A stretch of 64,000 bases of DNA from Candidatus Latescibacterota bacterium (GTDB lineage Bacteria; Latescibacterota; UBA2968; UBA8231): contig OZ241362.1 of the NCBI GenBank assembly GCA_965200315.1, positions 1,824,001-1,888,000 of the forward strand, in the 5' to 3' direction. Positions within the stretch are counted from its first letter, which is position 1. Every line of letters begins with the position of its first letter. The translations under genes were made by a program, and so were the position numbers. The notes below the pieces were generated by a model, which was not told the DNA's origin, ran no database searches, and saw nothing but the letters and a program-made list of their open reading frames with translations. This document shows, one piece after another, positions 57,237-64,000 of the stretch.

Positions 57237-58376
57237 ATGAACAACTACAGAGTTGCGATTATCGGCCTCGGCGGCATGGGCGGGCACCATGCGGAGGCAG
57301 TGCGATTAGAGGCAAACTGCGAACTAGTCGCCGGAGCGGAAATCGACTCCGAGCGGGCGGCGGCATGGGGAGAGCGCTTTGGAGTCAAAGCCCTCTACGG
57401 CGACTACGAGAAGATGCTCGATGAGCAACAACCCGACATTGTCATCGTCCCAACGCAAGCACCCATGCACCACCAGCCGACGATTGCCGCGGCCCAGCGC
57501 GGCATCCACGTCTTCTGCGAAAAACCGATTGCCCTGAACCTCATCGAAGCCGACGAGATGGTCGCAACCTGCGACCAGCACGGCGTCAAGTTTGCCATTA
57601 ACCACATCAAGCGCGCCAGCCCTTACAATCGCCATGCCCTCGCGCTGATCGACCAAGGTGCAATCGGCCAAGTGGTCTTGTTGCAGGCAACCGACAAAGG
57701 AGGTCGCAAGGCCGGCAACTCGCTGATGGAGATGGGGACCCATCTCTACGATTGGGTGCGTCTGTTCGGCGGCGATGTCGAGTGGACGCACGCGCACCTC
57801 GTGCAGATGGATGGACGCGAGTCAACCGTTGACGACATCAAACACACCCAAGAGGTACACCCGAAAGACCGCGATGCGGGGATTGTCCTCGGCGAGCGCG
57901 GACACGCCTCGTTTCGCTTTGCCAACGGCATTCATGCGGACGTGCAGTTCCTCGCTCAGCCGCAGACCAACGACAACGGCTATGGCATTGACATTATCGG
58001 CACTGAAGGACGCATCGCCGTGCGGGAGAGCGTGGGCACGACGATGTTTATCCACAAAGGACAACACAAGACGCCGGCCGAGGCGTGGGAACCCGTGCAT
58101 CTGCCAGCCGAAGACCTCGACGAGCACGGCAATCCGCGCGACAGGGCATCCACGAGATTGCTCTTGCAGCGCCTCATTCTACGCGACCTCATCGCCGCCA
58201 TTGAGGAAGACCGGGATCCGTTTGCCAGCGGCCGGGACGGTCGGGATTGTCTCGAAATGATTCAGGCGACGTGGGAATCACAACGATGCAAGGCGCGGGT
58301 GTACATGCCGCTAACGCCACGCGAACACCCGCTTGAGCGGTGGCGGAGAGAAGCGCACACCGGCGAGATCAATTAA
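57237..58376 (+). CDS. Gfo/Idh/MocA family oxidoreductase
   Basis: VAIIGLGGMG, HVFCEKPIA, MEMGTHLYD, IIGTEG motifs. Confidence 0.92.
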   Translation: MNNYRVAIIGLGGMGGHHAEAVRLEANCELVAGAEIDSERAAAWGERFGVKALYGDYEKMLDEQQPDIVIVPTQAPMHHQPTIAAAQRGIHVFCEKPIALNLIEADEMVATCDQHGVKFAINHIKRASPYNRHALALIDQGAIGQVVLLQATDKGGRKAGNSLMEMGTHLYDWVRLFGGDVEWTHAHLVQMDGRESTVDDIKHTQEVHPKDRDAGIVLGERGHASFRFANGIHADVQFLAQPQTNDNGYGIDIIGTEGRIAVRESVGTTMFIHKGQHKTPAEAWEPVHLPAEDLDEHGNPRDRASTRLLLQRLILRDLIAAIEEDRDPFASGRDGRDCLEMIQATWESQRCKARVYMPLTPREHPLERWRREAHTGEIN

Positions 58377-58441
58377 AGCGCAGTTCCCAAACACTATCGA
58401 GATCGTCGCAAAACGCGCGGCGAATTTCTCGCTTATTGACT

Positions 58442-58659
58442 GATGTTACTCAGCAGCTTCAGAAGTAGTCTGCCCATTGGGAGCTGTCTCGTGCGTGGAA
58501 CCACTGGCTTCGACAGGCTTGGCCATCGGCGGCGTGCCTTGATCGGTTTGCAAGCATCCCCTCTCTGAGCGCGAAAGCGCACAGGCAGACTCAGCCATCA
58601 TCAGCGTGCCCTGAGCTTGTCGAAGGGCACGGCTCCATGAGAGCGGACCGCGTAACATC
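58442..58659. repeat. Intergenic REP/MITE-like element
   Basis: GATGTTAC...GTAACATC terminal inverted repeat; internal CTTCGACAGGCT (58508) and inverted GTGCCCTGAGCTTGTCGAAGGGCAC hairpin (58606-58630). Confidence 0.55.
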
Positions 58660-58730
58660 GCTTATGTAAGTACGGGATGTGGAGCAACTTGGCGATTGAG
58701 CACCGCTACCAAACGCGCCATCGCCGCGAA

Positions 58731-59693
58731 CTATTCCCCAAAGCGGGCCATCGCCGCGAACTTGTCCAGCCGCTGGGCCACTAGTGCCTCTGGAGTGAGT
58801 CGCCTGAGCTCGGCTAAGGCATCTTGCACGTGGCGTTTGAGCATAGCGGCAGCGGCATCCCAGTCGTGGTGGGCACCGCCCAATGGTTCGGGCACGATGT
58901 GGTCAATAATCCCCTGCTGCTTCAGGTCTTTAGCCGTGAGCTTGAGGGCCTCGGCGGCTTCCTCTCTGCGCTCGCGCACCTTGAACAAGATCGTCGAGCA
59001 GCTCTCCGGCACAATCACCGAATAACAGGCGTACTCCAGCATCAGGATCCGGTCGCCGACCGTGATGCCAATGGCACCGCCGCTAAAGGCTTGGCCGATG
59101 ATGGCCACGACGATAGGCACCGGCAGATGCGACATTTCGTAGAGGTTGCGGGCGATGGCCTCGGCTTGGCCCCGCTCCTCAGCCTCGATCCCGGGATAGG
59201 CACCCGAGGTATCGACCAAGGTCAAAATCGGCAATTTGAACTTGGCCGCCATCTGCATCAGGCGGCGAGCCTTGCGATACCCTTCTGGATGCGGCATGCC
59301 GAAGTTGCGCTTTTGCCGCTCTTCGAGGTTGCGTCCACTCTGAATGCCGATGACCATGACTGATTCGTCGTTCAGCCGCGCTGGCCCGCCGATGACGGAG
59401 GGGTCGTCGGCAAAAAGGCGATCGCCGTGTAACTCGGTAAAATCTGCGAGCATCCGCTCGACGTAATCGAGCGCGTACGGGCGGTTCGGGTGCCGCGCGA
59501 TCTGCACCCGCTGCCAAGGGCTGAGATTGGCGTAGATTTCTCTGCGCTTCTTCGCGGCCTGCGCTTCGAGTTTGCGCACGCCCTCATCCAAATTCAAGCC
59601 ATTGGTCTCGGCTTGTTTTTTTAGCTCGTCGATTTGCTTTTGTAGCTCGACGAGCTCGCGTTCAAAATCGAGGTAAAATCCACTGTCATTCAC
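58731..59693 (-). CDS. accA: Acetyl-CoA carboxylase carboxyltransferase alpha
   Basis: LDFE, ARHPNRP, ELHGDR, NFGMPHPEGYRKA, AEERGQAEAIA, PEPLGGAH motifs. Confidence 0.97.
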   Translation of the reverse strand: MNDSGFYLDFERELVELQKQIDELKKQAETNGLNLDEGVRKLEAQAAKKRREIYANLSPWQRVQIARHPNRPYALDYVERMLADFTELHGDRLFADDPSVIGGPARLNDESVMVIGIQSGRNLEERQKRNFGMPHPEGYRKARRLMQMAAKFKLPILTLVDTSGAYPGIEAEERGQAEAIARNLYEMSHLPVPIVVAIIGQAFSGGAIGITVGDRILMLEYACYSVIVPESCSTILFKVRERREEAAEALKLTAKDLKQQGIIDHIVPEPLGGAHHDWDAAAAMLKRHVQDALAELRRLTPEALVAQRLDKFAAMARFGE

Positions 59694-59716
59694 CGGACAA
59701 AACCTCCTATGTTAAA

Positions 59717-60910
59717 TTAGGAATTAGGAATCCCTAATTCACCCAGCGCGGCCTCAACTCGGTCCAGCGCCTTTTCAATCAGGTCCAACGACGTGGCGTA
59801 GGAGAGGCGGATGTGCTCGTAGGTGCCAAACCCAGCGCCGGGCACACAGGCCACCTTGGCCTCTTCAAGCAAGTACTCGCACAATGCCACTGAGTCGCGG
59901 ACTTGGCTGCCGTAGTAAGCGGCCACGTCGGGATAGGCATAAAAGGCCCCCGACGGCAACGTGCATTCTACTCCTTCTATGGAGTTGAGGCGCTCGACCA
60001 TATAGCACCGCCGCGCATCAAAGGCTTGACGCATTTCCTCGATCGACTCCTGCGGGCCGTTGAGTGCCTCGACAGCCGCTTTCTGCGCCATCGACGAGGG
60101 GTGAGACACCTCTTGGCTTTGCACCTTGTTCATTCCGGCGATGATCGCTGCGCTGGCCCCTGTGTAGCCGATGCGCCAGCCGGTCATCGAATAGGCCTTG
60201 GACACCCCGTTGACCACAATGCTGAATTCCTTGGCCTCCGGGCTACAAGCTGCAATCGAGTGGTGTTCGACTCCGTCGTAGATCAGCTTCTCGTAGATTT
60301 CGTCGCTGAGCACATAGACTCCGTGCTCCACGGCCACGGCCGCCAAGCTCTCCAGCTCCTCGCGGGTGTACACCGCGCCGCTGGGATTGGATGGCGAGCA
60401 CAAAAAGAGCATCCGCGTGCGGGGGGTGATGGCGGCGCAAAACTCGTCTGCGGTGAGCTTGAGGCCGTTGGCCGCTTGGGTCTCGACGATCACCGGCTCG
60501 CCGCCCACCAGCCGCGGCTGCTCCCGATACGTCACCCAATAGGGAGTGGGGATAATGACCTCGTCGCCGGGGTTGACCAGCGCTGCCACCGCCAAAAAGA
60601 GCGAGTGCTTGGCACCGTTGTTGACGATCACTTCGTCGGTTGTGTAAACCAAGCCGTTGTCGCGCTCGAACTTGCGGCAGATCGCCTCCTTGAGCTCGAT
60701 GATCCCCGACCCCGGCGTGGTGTACTTGGTAAAGCCCTCGGCAATGGCGCGGATGCCAGCGTCTTTGACGTTTTGCGGCGTATCGAAATCCGGCTCGCCT
60801 GCCGACAGGGAAACCACGTCGATACCGGCGCGCTGCATGGCTGCGGCCCGCGCCGAAATCTGCATGGTGACCGACGGCTGGACGCGCTGTACGTTATGCG
60901 AAAGTGGCAT
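59717..60910 (-). CDS. PLP-dependent aspartate aminotransferase (class I/II)
   Basis: GEPDFDTP, SPSNPSG, SDEIYE, NGVSKAYSMTGWRIGY, IRLSYA motifs. Confidence 0.93.
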   Translation of the reverse strand: MPLSHNVQRVQPSVTMQISARAAAMQRAGIDVVSLSAGEPDFDTPQNVKDAGIRAIAEGFTKYTTPGSGIIELKEAICRKFERDNGLVYTTDEVIVNNGAKHSLFLAVAALVNPGDEVIIPTPYWVTYREQPRLVGGEPVIVETQAANGLKLTADEFCAAITPRTRMLFLCSPSNPSGAVYTREELESLAAVAVEHGVYVLSDEIYEKLIYDGVEHHSIAACSPEAKEFSIVVNGVSKAYSMTGWRIGYTGASAAIIAGMNKVQSQEVSHPSSMAQKAAVEALNGPQESIEEMRQAFDARRCYMVERLNSIEGVECTLPSGAFYAYPDVAAYYGSQVRDSVALCEYLLEEAKVACVPGAGFGTYEHIRLSYATSLDLIEKALDRVEAALGELGIPNS

Positions 60911-60916
60911 AGTTCC

Positions 60917-62145
60917 TCAGGTCGTGTATTCGGCGTTTAGGCGCACGTACTCATATGTCAGATCGCAGGTGAAAATCTCAGCCGCGGCCTTGCCCATCGC
61001 CAAGTCGATGTCAATGGCCATTTCCTCGGCCTGCATGGCCGCGCTCAGCTTATCCCCGTCAAAATCGAGACCAGCACCGTTGCCGTAGATGTCGGTGCCG
61101 CACAGCGACACGCACGCGGTCTCGGGGTCGAACTCGACGCCGGCGTACCCCATCGCGCACAGGATGCGCCCCCAGTTGGGGGCGTTGCCAAACGCCGCGG
61201 TCTTTACCAAGCTCGAATTGGCCACCGCGATGCCGACTTGCCTCGCCTCGGCTTCGGTGGCGGCCCCGCGCACCGCTATGGTGATCAGCTTGGACGAACC
61301 CTCGGCGTCGCGCGCAATGGCCTGGGCCATCTGCCGGCATACATACTCAATGCCCTCATAGAGGCGTTCCAAGTCGCGGGAGGTTAGCTTCCCCGCAGAG
61401 CCATTCGCCATCAGGATCACCGTGTCGCTCGTACTCATGTCGCCGTCAACCGTAATGCAGTTGAACGTGCGCTGGATGGCTTGCGACAGCAGTTCCTGCA
61501 ATGGTCCGCTAGGCACGGCCGCGTCTGTGGTCACCACCGCTAGCATCGTCGCCATGTTGGGGGCGATCATGGCCGCTCCTTTGGCCATTGCCCCAACTAC
61601 GGCGCGGCCCGCTTCCAGCTCGACCTCGACAGCGCAGCTTTTCGGCACGGTGTCCGTGGTCATAATAGCCTCGGCGGCCGCAGCGCCTTCTTCGGACAAC
61701 GCTGCGACGATCCGCGGGATGCCCGCTTCGATCTTGGCAATCGGCAACGGTACGCCGATCAAGCCGGTGGAGCAGACCAGCACTTCTTCGGTTTGCAGAC
61801 CCAACTCGCTCGCGGTCAGGGCACACATCCGCCGGGCGTGGTCTAAACCGACGTCGCCGTTGCAGACATTGGATAATTCTCATTGTACTCAGTCCGTTGC
61901 CGCTGTTGATCTTTGCCGCTGTTGAGAATCACGGCCCGCGCCTTGCCATCGGCGAGGTGCTCGCGGTCGATGGCAATCGGCGCACCCTGCACCTTGTTGG
62001 TGGTGTATACCGCGGCTGCATGCGCCGGTCGCGTCGAATACACCAGCGCCAAATCCTTAGCACCCGACTCCTTGACACCCGTCTGGATACCGGCTGCCCG
62101 GTACCCGCTCGGCGCAGTAACCCCGCCGCCCTCGATAATTCTCAT
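60917..62145 (-). pseudogene. argJ: Bifunctional glutamate N-acetyltransferase, frameshifted by a 38-nt insertion
   Basis: 5' part ends ILNSG; 3' part has STG.IG, IMTTDT, KGAAMIAPNMATML, D.EG, NWGR, NAEYTT. The NSGNAN motif is interrupted at about 61873-61912. Confidence 0.9.
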
Positions 62146-62150
62146 TGTAC

Positions 62151-63746
62151 TCAGTCCGTTCCGGTCGCGCCGACCGCTAGCTCGGCTAGCGCGTCCTGCA
62201 TCAATTTGTAGTGCAAGCTATCGGCCAGCGCGATCCAACTCGCCTCAATCACATTCTCCGAAACCCCTACCGTACCCCACACATCCTTGCCGTCCGAAGA
62301 CTCAATCAACACCCGCACCTTGGCTGCAGTCCCGTCGCTGCTCGACAATACCCGCACCTTGTAGTCCTCCAAATGCACCTGCTTGAGCGCGGGGAATTCC
62401 TGCTCCAGTGCCTTGCGCAACGCTTGGTCGAGCGCGTTGACCGGGCCATCGCCGCCCGCAACCGTGTGGTACTCCGCAGCACCGATGGCGACCTTGACAA
62501 TGGCCTCGGCTTCTTCGGCGTGCGCCCCGGTCTTGCGGTTGATGGTGCGGAAGTTGATCAGCGTGAATAAGTCCTCGTACGTGCCTTGGACCCGCCGCGC
62601 CAGCAGCTCGAACGACCCCTCTGCCGCCTCGAACTGATAACCCTCGTGCTCCAACTGCTTGACCCGCTCCAAGACCCGCCCCACCAGCGGATCTCGCTTC
62701 TCTATGTCGGGCAAAAAACGCTGGAGCTTGCTGACGATCGTCGCGCCGCCCGCTTGGTCCGAGACCAAGAACCGCCGCTCATTGCCGGTGGCTATGGGAT
62801 CGATGTGTTCGTAGCAGCGCGGGTCCTTGATCATGGCGTCGATGTGAACGCCCCCCTTATGGGCGAACGCGCTCTCGCCGACATAGGGCTGGCGGTGGTC
62901 GTGATAGACGTTGGCGATCTCGCTCAGGAAGCGAGAGAAGTCCATTAGGTCCGCAAGGTTATCTCGGCCCACTGTCTGGTAGCCCATCTTCAGTTCCAAG
63001 TTAGGCAGGATGGCGCACAAGTTGGCGTTGCCGCAGCGCTCGCCATAGCCGTTGAAGGTGCCTTGCACTTGCACTGCTCCCCGCTCCACGGCGACGAGCG
63101 TGTTAGCCACGCCCACGCCGGCATCGTTGTGCGTGTGGATGCCAAAGGGAAGCGCAATCCGCTCGGCAACCTCTTCGACGATCTGGCCCATCTCGCTGGT
63201 CAGGGTCCCGCCGTTGGTGTCGCAGAGTACCAAAATCCGCGCCCCACCGCGTTCGGCAGCCAACAGGGTCTCAATCGCGTAATCAGCGTCGGCCTTGTAG
63301 CCGTCGAAAAAGTGCTCGGCGTCGTAGAGCACTTCACGACCGTGCGCGACCAGATAGGCGACCGAGTCCTCAATCAGCCGCAGATTTTCTTCTAAAGTTG
63401 TCTTGAGCGCCTCGACGACATGCAAGGTCCAGCTCTTGCCAAAGATGCAAACGCTGTTGGTCTCGGCCCTCAGAAGCGTGTTCAGGGTCGCGTCTTCCTC
63501 TGGGGCCACATCGGCCCGGCGCGTACTGCCAAAGGCGGTCACTCGCGCCTGCAGACCTAGCTTCTTCACTTCCCGAAAGAACGCCAGGTCCTTGGGGTTG
63601 GTGGGGTTGGGCCAGCCTCCTTCGATGTAATCGACTCCCAGCGCGTCGAGCCGCCGCGCGATCAGCAGCTTGTCCTCTAGCGAATAGGAAATGCCCTCGG
63701 CTTGGGCGCCGTCCCGCAGGGTAGAGTCATAGACTTCGATGCGCAT
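62151..63746 (-). CDS. cimA: Citramalate synthase
   Basis: YD.TLRDGAQAEG, IEGGWP, YDAEHFFDGYK, LCDTNGG, HTHND, GERCGN, GDGPVNALD motifs. Confidence 0.93.
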   Translation of the reverse strand: MRIEVYDSTLRDGAQAEGISYSLEDKLLIARRLDALGVDYIEGGWPNPTNPKDLAFFREVKKLGLQARVTAFGSTRRADVAPEEDATLNTLLRAETNSVCIFGKSWTLHVVEALKTTLEENLRLIEDSVAYLVAHGREVLYDAEHFFDGYKADADYAIETLLAAERGGARILVLCDTNGGTLTSEMGQIVEEVAERIALPFGIHTHNDAGVGVANTLVAVERGAVQVQGTFNGYGERCGNANLCAILPNLELKMGYQTVGRDNLADLMDFSRFLSEIANVYHDHRQPYVGESAFAHKGGVHIDAMIKDPRCYEHIDPIATGNERRFLVSDQAGGATIVSKLQRFLPDIEKRDPLVGRVLERVKQLEHEGYQFEAAEGSFELLARRVQGTYEDLFTLINFRTINRKTGAHAEEAEAIVKVAIGAAEYHTVAGGDGPVNALDQALRKALEQEFPALKQVHLEDYKVRVLSSSDGTAAKVRVLIESSDGKDVWGTVGVSENVIEASWIALADSLHYKLMQDALAELAVGATGTD

Positions 63747-63767
63747 GGTATCGCTTCCTTCCAGCGC

Positions 63768-64000
63768 CTAGGCGTCGGCCACGGCTTGGGCCACTAGGTC
63801 GCCTACTTCTGCCGTCGAATACCCCATTCTTCCCGCGCCCATATCGTCGAGCTTGCCCAGCGTCGAGACGATAGCACCCTCCAAAATGTTGGCCCCCTCG
63901 TGCTCGCCGAGCGTATCGAGCATGAGCTGACAAGCACCGATGGCGGCCATTGGGTTGATGATATTCTGGCCGGTGTACTTGGGGGCCGAGCCGCCGATCG
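63768..64000 (-). CDS. leuB: 3-isopropylmalate dehydrogenase, C-terminal part (truncated by the window)
   Basis: IGGSAPKYTGQNIINPMAAI...MGYST.EVGD; adjacent to cimA. Confidence 0.8.
   Translation of the reverse strand, partial: IGGSAPKYTGQNIINPMAAIGACQLMLDTLGEHEGANILEGAIVSTLGKLDDMGAGRMGYSTAEVGDLVAQAVADA

Overview
GC-rich bacterial chromosome segment. Gene content suggests the FCB group, possibly a Latescibacterota-like, host-associated organism (TPR + DUF4292 pair, FlgD/T9SS-type C-terminal tail remnant, CRTAC1/ASPIC, FG-GAP and spondin proteins); this taxonomy is inference only. The housekeeping backbone includes glgB, rlmN, PBP1A, uvrA-like, queC, queF, accA, an aspartate aminotransferase, argJ, cimA, the leuB 3' end and tRNA-Gly(GCC). 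It is interspersed with: (i) an AT-richer SapI/EarI-like HNH type IIS restriction gene convergent on a fused double methyltransferase; (ii) a tightly coupled TolC / MlaC::DUF3047 / MlaC / MMPL / FAD-oxidoreductase operon with no periplasmic adaptor, the best candidate for an undescribed envelope lipid-transport system; (iii) a double-Spondin_N lipoprotein with a (GDxD)19 tandem repeat; and (iv) many deletion-fused or frameshifted relics (nupC, GYD, NHLP export cluster, AAA::DUF4276, vapC, hsdR, argJ) plus short locally templated duplications and REP/MITE-like elements. No CRISPR array, rRNA or intact transposase/integrase was seen. All family calls come from motif recognition by eye, not database searches.
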